Notes: generated from the letters alone by a model not told the origin. A DNA stretch of 64,000 nucleotides from Eledone cirrhosa (GCA_964016885.1 OZ024741.1:233306001-233370000); one strand, 5' to 3'; positions 11,774 through 25,324 are shown, counted from the stretch's first letter. Translations and numbers: made by a program.

Positions 11774-13635
11774 TCGTCGGACAGACGGGACGTCGCCTGG
11801 CGGACCGATTCACTGAGCACCTCCGGGATATTCGTCTCGGTGGTAGTTCCCCCATCGCCCGCCACTTTGGTGCCCCTGGACATTCCGCACGCCATCTCAC
11901 AGTCTGTGGCCTACTCCAATGCCACGGAACACCCGCCAATCTCCTCAGAGTCGAACAAAGAACCATCTTCATCTTACAAACCCACACTCCCCCCGGCCTG
12001 AACTCTCCACCCTTATTCCTTTAGCCTTCGACCGCCCCCCTCACCCCACACATATCCCCCACTAACACCACTAACACACACCTCCTTTTCACCGCCCACC
12101 CCACAACTAACAATAATAACACCTCCACTCCACCCCTCATCCGACCACCCTTCCCCAACTAACATACTAACATCCCTCCCTTCTTCTCCCCCCTCCTTAT
12201 CACACGCACACACCCACCGACACATATATATACGCGCTCACACTAAACACACACCCTACTACCACCACTAACCCTCACCCCCACACCTCCATCCCACCAC
12301 CCCGCAACTAACATCACTAACACCCCCTGACCCCAAGCACACGAACACACGCACCCACTTACACCACCCACCACACACGCAACTAACATCACTAACACCC
12401 CCCAACCCCACGCACACGTACCCACACACCCTCGTACACCACCAACTCTACACACCCTACCACCATTAACCCCCACTCACACCTGCATTCAACCCTTTCC
12501 CCACCTCCCGTATACTAACACCCACTAACACCCCCTTCATAAAACTACACACACACCAGTACACCACACTCCCTCCATCGACCCCCACACCCTTCTCTCC
12601 CCGCTCCACCCACACCCTTTCTCCACACTCACTCATCCCACTAACACCTCTACTAATACACACACACACACCCTCCTCACTCCAACTTTCACACCTACCC
12701 ATCCTAGCCCCTTTACCATTCCACCCGACTGCTGCTATGCCCTCTGACCACCTCCCAGCACAAACAGACACACAGCACTCCCACCGCCTTGACCACTTCC
12801 TGTTGCGCGCGCACCCCACATCTCTCCTCTTCCGACCATCTCTTCATGGAATACTCGTATGTGGAACTTGACCACCGTGGAATCTACTAACATCATAGGA
12901 GTTTACCAACATTTCAACCACATCCTCTTACGGAATCACCTATATAACTCACCCACACACACACCCCAAAAAATGTTTTTTCTCCCACACGCCACCTACA
13001 CCCACAACACGCTTAAACCCCACACACACGTGCTTTCCACCACATATTTACACCTTCAGCCTCCGGATTCCTCTCCTCCCACCCCTCTATCCACACACGC
13101 ACAGACACTCCGACCTACACCCCATCCCACACACACCTCTTCCTGAACATGCAACCCCGTTCTTCCCCCAACCCTTGCTTTCACATACACACACACACAC
13201 ACACACGTACACCTACACACACACACCACCTTCAGCCCTCCCCGCTCGGACACCCGTCTCCCTCTCCCCACTCCACCTGCCACCACCCCTACACACCCCC
13301 ACACCCTTCCACCACCTGTTTTACCCCTTTTTAATTTCAGTTTATTTTGATCATGCTTTTATATTTATTTTTATTTATTTTATTTTGATCATGCTTTATT
13401 TTTATTTCTATTTTTAATTTCATTCGCACCGTTTCCTCCCACCCCCTTTTCGCTATATGTCTCTCCACCACTCCCCTACACACCCTTTGAACTCTCTTCC
13501 CACACACTTCTCACCTGAGGAAGGGCTTATGCCCGAAACGTCGTTCCCCACCACCACCCCACTCTCCAGAGCGTGAAATTAATAAACATTCGTTGTACTG
13601 CCTCTCTGTTTTGTTCCTGTTCAAATTTTCCATTA
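11774..13635 (+). mobile_element. 5'-truncated PLE (Neptune-like, tentative): end of GIY-YIG, C/A-rich 3' UTR, hammerhead, AATAAA
   Basis: IVGQTGRRLADRFTEHLRDI...IARHF...PPGLN; hammerhead at 13512; AATAAA at 13581; (TA)n on both sides. Confidence 0.88.
13512..13544 (+). ncRNA. Minimal hammerhead ribozyme motif, CUGAGGA core
   Basis: cac-CTGAGGA-a-gggc-ttat-gccc-GAA-ACGT-C-gt; GUC cleavage triplet; short stem I. Confidence 0.8.
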
Positions 13636-13654
13636 TATATATATATATATATAA

Positions 13655-14359
13655 GTATTGAAGTTTCTGTTGAAAATTGAAAAAGTCATAGGAGTGAAGA
13701 GTGCTCTATGTAAGTTACAGAGCTAAATTTAATGTATAATAAACAATACAATATAATTACCTCATTACCAGAGGTTTCCCGAATAAGACGAATACAAGAA
13801 ACGCCCTCATTCGTTTGTCAGACAAGGCAATTTAAAACATAGTGAAATATTTGAAAAATCTCCTCAAGAAAGGCAAAAGTTTAACGGGCAAAAAAAATAT
13901 ATAAATAAAAGTAATGCAAGAGATATATAAAAATAAAATAAGGAAATATAGTAAGGGTATGTGTATAAATGTGTGTATATGCACCTACAAATGTACATAT
14001 GTGTGTATGTACAAATGCATGTGTATAGTGAAAAAATGCGTGCGTAAGTACATACATGAGGGCAAGCATATCAGTGTATGTGTGAAAAAATATGAGAATA
14101 TATGAAAAAATATATGAGAATAAAAAAATTAAATCAAAGAGAAAGTAAGAGGGAGGGGTTATCAATTATAAAGTAACACTAGAAAAAATAGAAAACATAC
14201 ATAGATTCGTACATACACATATATATATAAAAATATAAATATAAATACGTACAGACAAAAGCACATACATGCGTACATACATACAAAAGCGCGCATACAT
14301 ACACACGAAGCACATATATATACATACATGTACATCTAATCACACGCACCCACGCGACC

Positions 14360-14438
<79 letters not shown>

Positions 14439-16430
14439 CACACACATATATATAAGTATGTAAAAAACATAGATATAAAAACACACATACACACACACAT
14501 ATACACATACACGCGCACATACGAATGCATTCGTATACATATACAAACACGTATACACACACATGCACACTCACACGCATAGATACAATATAAAAACCAG
14601 CCGTATGAATAAATGAGTACAAATTATACGCAAGTAAACATACATAAAAGCGGCTGAGGGACAACAGAATATATCTGGAGTTGAAAACGCAAGTGACAAG
14701 TGATATCAGGTAGTGAAAGAAAAGGGGGAAATAAAATATGTAAAATTGTGAAGATATAAAGTAAGTGAATCAAAAATCGGGGGTGGGGGTCACTGGTAGA
14801 TGTGAAGTAAAAATAAAGTTAAAAATAAAAATAAAAGTAAATCAGAAAGAGAAGTCTGTAAAGAGGGTAATTTAAGGGAAGTGAAGAACAAGAGTTTATG
14901 GAGGATAAGTATCTGAAAGTGAGTTAAGTTTATATGAGCTGGAAAGCAAGTGTGATTTCATGTGTGGGCAACTGGTAAAAATTCCTGTTTTTGCATTTAG
15001 GCAGGTTTTTGGTGATTTAAGGTTCTGTAAAATCCAATATTTTTCACTTATGCAGAGTGCGCATCTTCTTGTTCCTCTTGCATATTCTTTAGATTGGTTC
15101 AAAATTGACCAATCTAATTTGGATACCTTGGTCTTTCAAATCCCATATTCTGCTAGCCAGAGCTGGTGTAAATCTTTTATCAGGATGTCGGAAAGATGCG
15201 ACATGTGAGTAATAACGCATTTTGAATTTGTCTTGTGTCATACCCACATATCGTTCGCTGGTGGCTGGTAGATTGTTGCTGGTTGTTGTCACTTTAGCCG
15301 CATATACAATGGCTTTGGTGTTGCATTTACCTTGTAATGGGCATTCACTTTTGACTCTACAGGAGCAATTTTGATGTTCTCTGGGTATTTTCTTATTGGG
15401 GATATAAGATTTAATAGGGGGACCGCAGGAGTAGCTGATTTTGATACAGTTTCTATTGAAGATCTTATAGTATCTATGTATTCTAGGGAAATGTTTATCT
15501 AAGAGCTCTAGGAATGTTTTGCCTACATTAGTTTTAACTGCTAAAGAGTGGGGGGGGGGGGGGGGGTGAACCAGATTATTTTTCTTTTCCTATTATTATG
15601 TTTAAAGGAGTTAGTATTGTTGGGTATGTACTTAATCGGTTCGCTAAATCCGCTATTTTGAAGGACTTTATGATAGTAGGGGGATGCCTTAATGAAAATA
15701 GCTTCTGAGGAAGAGAGGGTGGAGATCCTATGGCTAATATTAGGGATAAGATTTTTAAAAACTATAGGAGGATGGCAAGAGCCTTTATTTATATATTTTA
15801 AATTTTCATTAGGTTTATGGTACGGTTTATAAGAAGCAGTAGGCAGATCTAGGTTTATATCTAGAAAATTAACATTAGAAAGGTTAATGTCAATGGTAAT
15901 TTTAAGATTAAACCTAGCGAAGGTTTTTATTAAGTCTTTCCTGAATCTATCTAAGTTATGGCCTATAGTGGTATGGGAAAGTATTAGACCATCGTCGCGA
16001 TAAAGCCCAAAGGTATGGTTAGGGAATTTCTCTTTAAGTGTGTATAGGAGGAATAGGCCGACTAAATCACACACGTCAGCACTGTCAAAAGAACCCATTG
16101 AGACATCGAATGGGTTCTCTGGGTTAGATTTTTTTACCCAAGTGTCATTATTAGTAAATAGTAAAGTGTTTCTAGCATGCAAAATTATATTCTCTTCAAT
16201 ATCAGAAATATTGATAAACTTTCTAGCGAAATTTAAGGGTTTCGTTAAAAGAGGGTGAGTAATAGACGGGTAGAAGTCTACAATGTCAAATTGGATGAAT
16301 CTAGAACTATTTTTATCTTTAATATTATTAAACCAATGTACTACGGAAGAGCCATTCACTATGTTTTAAACTGCCTTGTCTGACGAACGAATAAGGACGT
16401 TTCTTGTATTCATCTTATAAGATGAATAGA
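13655..16430 (-). mobile_element. 5'-truncated PLE (RT plus C-terminal GIY-YIG) with inverted partial pLTR at its 5' end
   Basis: ORF 15541-16359: FDIVDFYPSI, MGSFDSA, GLYRDDG, NFLDI, RKRKIIWF; then YVGMTQDKFKMRYYSH, CALCISEK, CPH; 16355-16418 is an inverted copy of 13782-13845. Confidence 0.95.
13760..13827 (-). ncRNA. Hammerhead motif of the 13.7-16.4 kb PLE
   Basis: ccttgt-CTGACAA-a-cgaatgagggcg-loop-cgtcttattcg-g-GAA-ACCTCTGGT-A-atgagg; the inverted copy at 16380 keeps intact CTGACGA. Confidence 0.78.
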
Positions 16431-16432
16431 AA

Positions 16433-16504
<72 letters not shown>

Positions 16505-16891
16505 AAAATAAAAGGTACATACATGAATGCAGCATGGCCAAATGGTTAAGAAATTCACTTTGCAACCGTTAGGACTTCAGTTCAATCCCACTATGCACCA
16601 TTTTGGGCAAGTGTTATTTACCATGTCTCTGGGTCAACCCATGTCGTATGAGTGAATTTAAGATGAAACCTTTTTGGAAGCCCATGATATAGTCTGTACC
16701 TGCAATCCACGTAGCCAACTTTGTTGCACTCTGCATCACACTGGATTTCCCTGAGAATTACCTTAATGATACATGTGTTTGCGGAATGCTCAACCACTTA
16801 CACATTAATTTCTTAAGTAGGCTGTCCCATGATCAGACAAATAGAACACTCATCATCGAAACAGACTAAGGTCCATTGATTGATCGATATA

Positions 16892-17900
16892 CGAGGTTTG
16901 TCCAAAAAGTGTGAGTACTGATGTTATATTTAAATGTATTTTAGACATACATAGAATTAGAAGTTATCTCCTTCAAAATACTACCCATGGGAAGTCACAC
17001 AGTTGTTCCAACATTTGATCCTAGTAATACCAGAAGTCATTTTCTGTGAGTGTCCAAAATTATGATCTTCAGCTTCGATTTCAACTTAAGGAAGAGGTAG
17101 AAATCATATGGAGTTAGATCTGGACTATAGGGAGGATGTGCAAAAGTGAGAATGTTTTTCTTCGCAAGAAATTCTCTCATTAAAAGTGCTGTGTGAGCAG
17201 GTGTGTTGTTGTGGTGCAGTACCCAATCTCCTGCAATGTCCTTTTGGACTTGATGAACTTGTTTCAAAGTTGTTCCAAGACATCCTTGTGGGATTAACTG
17301 TCTTCCTTGGAGGTAAAAATTCTTTGTGAACAATACCACGGCTGTTGAAAAAAATGATAATCATCATATTCAGCCAGGATTTGCTTATGCATGCTTTCTT
17401 CGGACGAGGAGAATTTTTGTACCTCTCCTCACTTTGTCATTTTATCTCTGGATCATACTCAAACACCTATGAAATTCATCTCCTGCTATTACTTTATCCA
17501 AAAAATTTGACTCAATTTCAAGTTTTTCTCACAAATTTTCTGTCAAATTTCCAAGTGTCTGGGCAATAGTTCTGTACAATTTTTTGCAAATGGTCTGTTA
17601 AAATTCTGTGAACTGCATTTTTATTCAAGCCTGTTTCTTCTGCAATCATCATAAAACTTAATCGGTGATCTTTCACCATCCCCACTTGCACCTCTTCCAC
17701 ATTTTGTTGATTTGTTGATTGGCATTCCAGAATGAGGTTCGTCTTCAACATTTTCTCAGCTCTCTTTGAAAGCTTTATACTACTTAAAGACCTTACCTCT
17801 CGATAGAGCGACATCTCCATAAGCTTATGCTAAAGAATTAAATGTTTTGGTGGTAGATTTGTTGAGTTTCACACAAAATTTGATCACGTATCGATGTTCA
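16892..17900 (-). mobile_element. Decayed mariner (Tc1/mariner) DNA transposon
   Basis: TA|CGAGGTTTGTCCAAAAAGT TIR-like end; frameshifted transposase: FFNSRGIVHKEF, WVLHHNNTPAH, HPPYSPDLTPYDFYLF, HTH region VKDHRLS...IAEETGL; second TIR not found. Confidence 0.85.
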
Positions 17901-18399
17901 ATATTTTCCTTGCCGTAATAGAGGTTATAAACACATCTGTACAAAAATAGCAATAACTTATGACTGACTCAATCTATCACGTTGAAACAAGTATGTACAT
18001 GCAGCCAAGGTCATAACCAACATGCTTATATAGATCTAAGAAATGCTTCCTTACCAGATCATATATAGGAAAATCATTACCCTTACTTTTGGGATAAACC
18101 TTGTATGTATATACATCACAGACACATCACACATAAACATCACACACACACATGCACAATATACATCTCCTGGCGATGTCATCCCAAAATATAAATGTAT
18201 AGATCTCTGTATGGATCTCTGCTTCACATCTCTGATGATAGTTATGAAACAATCATTGTCTGACACATGCCAGCCATGTAACTCAGCATGATGAACCTGC
18301 TGAAAGATTGATCCTCTGAACTTCAAAAGCAAAGAGACAAGTTAGGTGGCTGGATATAGCCCTTGAAATCAATCATCAAGAGGGACACATACCCCATTG

Positions 18400-19395
18400 T
18401 AAGAGAAGCTGTTAATGATCAAGAGAAAGCAATAGGAATCTAGGAGTGTAATAATGGACGGAGTATTAGAGAAAATGGGGAGGTGAGTTGAGTCCAAGAG
18501 GGGAATAGGACCCAAGGCAGTGAATCAGACTTTGTTCAGTCCTGGTGCACGAGGCCTGTGATCCATGATGTAAAAGGACACCCAGGACTGAAACATGTAG
18601 GGAAGAATGACCAGGAGAACAGAAATGACGGGCGACAGGAGTATCCAAACCGAGTCTGATGTCCCTCAAATGTTCGGCAAAATGGTCCGCCATATGGCGT
18701 CCCGTTTGTCCGATATATAAAGACCCACAAAGAGAACACCGGAGGGCATAGACAACGTGGGTGGATGTGCAGGTGAAGGAATGGTGGATATGGAAAGACC
18801 CGTTAGGGCCTGTAATAGTGGTTAGGGTGGAAATAAAGGGACAAGTGTTGCAGCGGGAACGGGAACAAGGATGAGAGCCGGGTGGAGTCATGGGAGAGGA
18901 CGAAAAGGAACTGCGAACCAGAAGGTCGCGGAGGTTGTGGGCACGCTTAAAAGCAGTAATGGATGGGTTTGGAAAAAAGCGAGAAGTGATGGAGTCAGAA
19001 GAGAGGATACGGAAGGAATGGAGGATATGTCACCGGAGTGGTAGAGTGATGGGGTGGTAGGTGAGAGGGAAAGGAACACGGGTGTTGGGAGGGTGGGGGT
19101 GAGGTGAGGACTGTGGTGCAGTCTGTTTCACGGGCGCGGGTGAGAGCAGCTTGGATCAAGGTGGGGATATCCACGCTGGATGAATCAGGAAGCCATGCGA
19201 AGGGAATGGGTTTCGAAATCGTCGTCCTGGCTACAGAGCCGACAAAGACGGAGGAATTGGGAATAGGGTATGGAGTGTTTGGTGTGGGTTGGATGGGAGG
19301 AGGTGAAGTCGAGGTAAGATTGGGAGTCTGTTGGTTTAATGAAGATGAAAGTAGAGAGGGTGTGGTGAGAGTGATTAATAGATAGAGAGATATCT
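18400..19395 (-). pseudogene. PLE fragment (Neptune-like, tentative): RT thumb, Cys linker, GIY-YIG
   Basis: KPTDSQSYLDFTSSHPTHTKHSIPYSQFLRLCRLCS (~19220-19335); ORF 18466-18891: CSRSRCNTC...HVVYALRCSLCGSLYIGQTGR...HLRDI. Confidence 0.9.
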
Positions 19396-20388
19396 AGAAA
19401 AGCGACAGAAGATTCAGAGACGGGGGCTGTGAAATTGAGAGCAGGATGGAAAGATTGGACAAAAGAAAGAAAACAGTCGAGCTGTTCTCGTGATAGAGAG
19501 GTGGCGCCGATACATATATTGGAAAATGTGTGAAATCCTTGGTACAGTTAGGTATATTTGAAAAAAGGAAAAGAATGGCTTCACTTGTAGTTCTAAACAA
19601 TTTGATTTAATTTTGTAATATTATAATATTACGAGTTGGTAGATCTAGTAAGTTCTTTGTTAACTTCGGTGGGAAGATTTTTAAAGATTCCTGGTAAACT
19701 TTCCTGGAGAACTTTCTCGCGTTCGTCGGTGGCAATTGTCAAACTGAGATCAGGTTGTGTTGGGATGTGTGACTCTATATATAAGAGAGATTTGGATGTG
19801 TTTGGGGGTGGGGTGCAGTGTTAATGAGTGTGGGAGTGAAGGAGTGTTGATGAAGATTTAAAGGAATTAAAGCATACACACACACACACACATATACACA
19901 GAAAATGGTGAATGGTGACAGCAAGATAATGGGTTGGGAGTGCAGTTGGTTTTGTTTAAAGAGTGTTTAACAAAGGGGCCGTAAAAGTGCCCTCCTGCTG
20001 GTTCCATTTCAATAAATGACCTTTGATGAATATAATGGCAGGATATTATATATATATATATATAGTAATAATAATAAATTTGAAGACTAAAATCCAAAGA
20101 GGGCTCGATAAGGATAAATATATATCAAATATATAAGAACTGTAGAGCAAATATTTATTAAAATAACAGATTAAAGTTTAAGCAAAGAATCGCTGCTTTC
20201 ACCCTTAACGGAATCTTCTGAAATATATATATATATATATATTATGATAATCAGTGATGGTTGATCCCAGCAATTGACCAACAACTGTATATCAGGCGGA
20301 ATCACTCAACATCATATATGGTATCAGACAAAGTATCAATATTAAGAAAAGTATCATATATTCAACATCAGTTTATTCCATTACATCA

Positions 20389-20464
20389 TCCTATTATGCA
20401 TATTTCAAAGGCATCAAGAGGGTCATTATCCAACAATAATTCAATGCATTGTCGTCAGATAGGA
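20389..20464 (-). ncRNA. Hammerhead motif with extended stem II
   Basis: tcctat-CTGACGA-c-aatgcattgaa...tcttgatgcctt-t-GAA-ATATGCAT-A-atagga; perfect 6-bp stem I. Confidence 0.78.
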
Positions 20465-21299
20465 AATTCAAATGGAAATAAAAATAAAGTTTGTTTTCGT
20501 TTTTGATATGCCTGGCAAACATATGTTGTATGGATACTAATACTTCCATATGGGGTCATGGGAGAGGGAGTTACAATGGCAGTAGCAGTAGGTGAAGGAA
20601 GTGAGTCAGACAGGCTATTCAATCTATGATCAATCGTCCTCGTCCTCGTTCCTATAAGGTTGATTAATCTATGTAATATTGTTATTGGTTAGCCCCCAGT
20701 AGGTGGTAAATGTCATGTTACCTCTAACCACCAAGTTAACGTTGGTCTACAGAACATTGTCATCTATCTAAACTGTTGTACAGAGGGTAGAGGGGTTCCG
20801 TTTAAGCTAAAGTGTGTGAGTGTTGTTAAATGTGTGTGTGCAATCTAGATCCAGGTATAGTGGGTTCACGTTGGCATAGCCATGTGCATGTGTGCATAGT
20901 CCTACAACAGTAGCACACAGAGGTACACGTGTACTACAAATTGCCCCCAAAACACATACAGGCTGATAGATACACAGCTTCTATGCACACATGTACATAT
21001 ATATATATGTATATTTGGTTCTCCATACATGGAGATAAATTGATAGAGGGAAGAAAATGAAGAAAAGGAAAGAGAGAAAAAAGAGAGGAGGAAGAAGAAA
21101 AAATTATCATAAGTAAAGGATTAAGGATTTAATAGAAGCTGGAGGAACTATCCAAGAGAAGTGGAGGGCCCAGTGCTCTAAGGGATACCATAGATTTGCA
21201 AAATGATGTAGTATTTAATTTGTTTACACGTTGATGACCGGAGAGGTCAAAAGGTATAGGTTATAGATTATAAACTAACTAAAGAGTTTTAGGAAAGTT

Positions 21300-21692
21300 T
21301 TAGCTGTTTCATGTCACCATATGTTAAAACAAATCAGAGCATTTATTAAGTATGTGGGGGTCAACTTCTATAATTTCCACAGCCATCTTGGTGCACAAAT
21401 CACAGGATCCTCCCTTATATGGGTGTGCAGTTTTAAGTGTTGACCACAACAAAAAGAATTGTATTCTATCCTGTTTAAGCCGCCGTATAAGCTTGGATAG
21501 TGCTGTTCTCCCGTGCTTGTCTATTCCCTTAAACAAGTGGTGATGGCTGTACCACCTGCCCTTTAAACTAGTCGCTGTTGAACTTATATACCTATATCCT
21601 TTGTCGCATACACCCAATATTTGACTGCAACTGCCCTAAGCAGAATAGGTGCCTCTATAAAGGCATAATATATGAGTGTAAAGTTACTATAG
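21300..21692 (-). pseudogene. PLE GIY-YIG fragment with inverted 5' piece
   Basis: Minus strand: YRYISSTATSLKGRWYSH...TALSKLI...CDLC; plus strand ~21615-21690: FDCNCPKQNRCLYKGIIYECKVT. Confidence 0.8.
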
Positions 21693-21786
21693 AAGAAGAA
21701 GAAGAAGAAGAAGAAGTGGAAGAAGAAGAAGAAGAAGAAGAAGAAGAAGAAGAAGAAGAAGAAGAAGAAGAAGAAGAAGAAGAAGA
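21691..21786. repeat. (GAA)n microsatellite
   Basis: Seen directly. Confidence 0.95.
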
Positions 21787-22037
21787 CTATTATTCTCAAT
21801 GCTTCTTATGAACACACACAAACTCATACATTTTCACACACTTCCAGCAATACACATACATCAACACAGCCTTTCCACCACTACACACCACAACTCCAGA
21901 CAAGGCATTAATCAATAACAGCTATATACCAAACTGTTCAATGATCAATACTATCAAGACACTATTGGATTTCACATATTGATTCTATTGAATTCAATAA
22001 TTATCCGCCACTACCATGGCAGCTATTGCATACTAAA

Positions 22038-22835
22038 AGTTGTTGTGGTGGTAGTTGTTGGAGTGTTTGTGGTGTGTGTTGTAGTGGTAGTGGTGGCTGT
22101 TGTTGTGGTGGTGGTGATGGTGGCTATTCTAGTGGTAATGGAGGCTGTTATAGTAATAGAGGTGGCTGATATGGGGGTAATGGTGGTAGCGGTGACTGTA
22201 GTGGTGGCTGTTGGTGTGTTTGTGGTGAGTGTTGTGGTGGTAGTGGTGGCTGTTGTTGTGGTGGTGGTAGTGGTGAATGTTGTTGTGGTGGTAGTGGTGA
22301 CTGTAGTGGTGTCTGTTGGTGTGTTTGTGGTGAGTGTTGTGGTGGTAGTGGTGGCTGTTGTTGTGGTGACTGTTGGTGTGGTGGTGGTAGTGGTGACTGT
22401 TGTTGTGGGGGTAGCGGTGGCTGTTGTTGTGGTGGTAGTGGTGACTGTAGTGGTGGCTGTTGGTGTGTTTGTGGTGGCTGTTGTTGTGGTGGTGGTAGTG
22501 GTGACTGTAGTGGTGGCTGTTGGTGTGTTTGTGGTGGGTGTTGTGGTGGTGGTAGTGGTGACTGTAGTGGTGGCTGTTGGTGTGTTTGTGGTGAGTGTCG
22601 TGGTGGTAGTAGTGGCAGTTGTTGTGGTGGTAATGGTGACTGTAGTGGTGGCTGTTGGTGTGTTTGTGGTGAGTGTCGTGGTGGTAGTGGTGGCAGTTGT
22701 TGTGGTGGTGGTTGTTGTGGTGGTAGTGGTGACTGTAGTGGTGGCTGTTGTAGTAATAGTGGTGGTAGTGGTTGTAGTGGTGGTTGTGGCATCTGTAGTG
22801 GTGGTAGTGGTCTCTATTGTGGTGATAGTGGTGCT
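22038..22835. repeat. Imperfect GTN-triplet minisatellite
   Basis: Recurrent unit gtgactgtagtggtggctgttggtgtgtttgtggtg. Confidence 0.9.
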
Positions 22836-23120
22836 AGAAATAGCAACCAAATATCTCTCACATTAGACAACATAGTCCTGTATATGGCTCAACAAATATG
22901 GGATGTTCATTAAACTGTTCAGTCAAGTTAAGCTGGGCCTAAATAACCATCAGCTTAGCTATTGCATTTATGTTAACAGTGATTCTTTCATGCAGATGGC
23001 ACTCCTAGATACTTTTTGTCAGACATTACATTATGTTACACCAACTCATACACATTTGCTCTACATTTATATAGTGATACCATATCACACAATCTAGCAA
23101 GCATCTGAAGAGGCTGCAAT

Positions 23121-23158
23121 TCAATGATGAGGTCTCATGTGACCAGAACATGTCTGGA
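23121..23158 (+). ncRNA. Decayed hammerhead-like motif
   Basis: tcaa-TGATGA-ggtc-tcatgt-gacc-AGA-ACATGT-C-tgga; both core segments mutated; stem II and palindromic stem III retained. Confidence 0.45.
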
Positions 23159-23979
23159 GTTACCTATATGCTTGCCAAAGATCAGATTAAATTTATATTA
23201 TTCTTCAAGCTAATATTTTAATTTCTTCACTGGATTTGTATTTTTAACTATAATAAATTAACTAATCAATTAGCCTTAACGAGATTTAAATTACATAACT
23301 CATTAAACCTGTCTTTCCATCTTCTCACTGCAAAAGCAATCTAATTAATTAGGATTTGTTTACTTACTATAGTACTATAGTACATTAGCAGTTAATTACA
23401 TTTTCAATGGATTACCTTTAATGGCAGCTAATTGGCAAAATCATTAGAGCATGAGTCATGCTTATTTATTCCATCTACGTGTATTTTCAGTTAAAATCCC
23501 ACCATGGCTTTCATGAGAAGTAGACTTAATCAGTCATTCAGTTTAACACCTGGTCCTTGGGTGCCTTTAGCAGAATCCCTTCTATTACAAGCATTTGGTT
23601 AGGTCCTAGGTTTCAAGAAACTTCCTCCTTCCCACCAGTCTTAGAGACCCTGGAAAGGGAGTATAGGCACAGCTCTTCTTCATAACTACATGATAAAAGA
23701 AATCAATCTAACACCCAAGGTGTAGCCAACAAAGAAAAATACCACCCTCCAGATGTGACCTGGTGTGGTGCTTGGGTCTCCTAGTTATGTGTTGGACATC
23801 TGTTGATTCCAATGATGACTGTCCTAGTTGTTTGGCCAATGGCACAACCTGCTCATGAAATTAATGCACAAGTGGTTGAGCATTCACTTAATATAGTTCT
23901 CATGGAGATTGTGTATGGCACAATGTGTGGCAATAATATTATCATTATCGATTCAGGAGGGAAGTGTGAGCGAACCTTG

Positions 23980-24160
23980 GTGAATTGTTGGGAGTCAATC
24001 CTTACCCCAATCTACCAGAAATGGGAATCAAATCTTATCCCAGGCTACCAGAGTTGTTGGAAGTCAATCCTTACTCCATTCAACCAGAATTGTTATGAGT
24101 CAAAACATATCCCAAGGTACCAGAACTGTTGGGAGCCAAACCTGTCAAACCTTATTCCAT
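23980..24160. repeat. Degenerate ~36-39-bp tandem repeat, about 5 copies
   Basis: gaattgttgggagtcaatccttacccca variants. Confidence 0.7.
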
Positions 24161-24199
24161 TCTGCCATATGTGTCAGTCACTAGTTGTGTTTACAATAT

Positions 24200-24370
24200 A
24201 ATGATTTCTACATTAGGCACAAGGCCAGTAATTTTTTTACGGGGGGGGGGGGTGATTAAATTGACCTCAGTGCATTACTGGTGCTTTATTTTATCAAACC
24301 CGTAAGAATGAAAGGCAAAGCTAATCTCGGCAGGATTTGAACTGAAAATGTAAAGGACCATAACTTTATC
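24200..24370 (-). mobile_element. Nin-like SINE, decayed
   Basis: Reverse complement of the family core. Confidence 0.75.
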
Positions 24371-24398
24371 CATAAGCTGCCCTTATTATTATCATCAT

Positions 24399-24592
24399 AA
24401 GGCGGTGGAATGGCAGTATCGGTAGAGGGTCGGACGCCATGTTTTGAAGCATAGAGTTACCTCCCTTTATGATCTGAGTTCAAATCCCGCCGAGGTTAAC
24501 TTTGCCTTTCATCCTTACGGGGTCGATAAAATAAAGTACCAGTAATGCACTGGATAATTGCTGGCCTTGTGCCAAAAGTAGAAACAATTATT
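24399..24592 (+). mobile_element. Full-length tRNA-headed SINE with Nin-like domain
   Basis: aaggcggtggaatggcagtatcggtagag...gagttcaaatccc...gcctttcatccttacggggtcgataaaataaagtaccag...gtagaaacaatt. Confidence 0.88.
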
Positions 24593-25087
24593 ATCATCAT
24601 CAGCTCAGGAGGGAGGTGTGAGTGAACCTTGATTAATTGTTGAGGGTCAAACCTTACCCCATGCTGCTAGAATTGCTCTTGTAAGCCTCGTTTCACAGTC
24701 AGACTAAATATGTATGGATGGGAAGCTGTATATTTATTTATTAATAAATAGTAGCACATGTATGGCCATAATATAGATACACACACACACACACGAATAC
24801 TCACATGCACACACTCACACACATACACACACATGCAAACAAAGAAACAACACCCACACACAACAGTGGTGAAGAAGCAAAGATCAGTGATTGGTTTCCT
24901 GTGTACTGCATTCAGTCACTAATAATAGTCAAACTTATTCCATCGCTTTCCTCACTCTTACTGCTGGTGTGTATGTGTGTATATGTGTATATGATTGTTA
25001 TACATATGTGTGTGAGTGTCTATAGTTCTCTGCGTGTATGTTAATTGTTTATGCCATGCCAACATGAAAAAAGGACATAAAATGATA

Positions 25088-25255
25088 ATTATTTCTACTT
25101 TTGGCACAAGGCCAGCAATTACCCAGTGCATTACTGGTAATTTATTTTATCAACTCCGTAAGGATGAAAGGCAAAGTTAACCTTGGCGGGATTTGAACTC
25201 AGAATGGAAAGGGCCGTAACTCTATGCGTCAAAGCATGGCGTCTGACCCTCTATG
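25088..25255 (-). mobile_element. Nin-like SINE
   Basis: Near-identical to 7050-7235. Confidence 0.85.
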
Positions 25256-25324
25256 ATAATGATATATATATATATATATATATTGAGTTGTTGGTGGTTG
25301 TGGAGGTGGTGGTCGTGGAGGTCA

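Noticed and set aside
18226-18265. CTGATGA-tagttat-GAA-ACAATCATTGT-C hammerhead-like string
   Set aside because: Stem III is good, but stem II is nearly absent and stem I does not pair; not counted.
21979-22866. Long poly-Val, poly-Thr and Pro/Gln ORFs
   Set aside because: Triplet-based minisatellite open in several frames on both strands; no splice or domain evidence.
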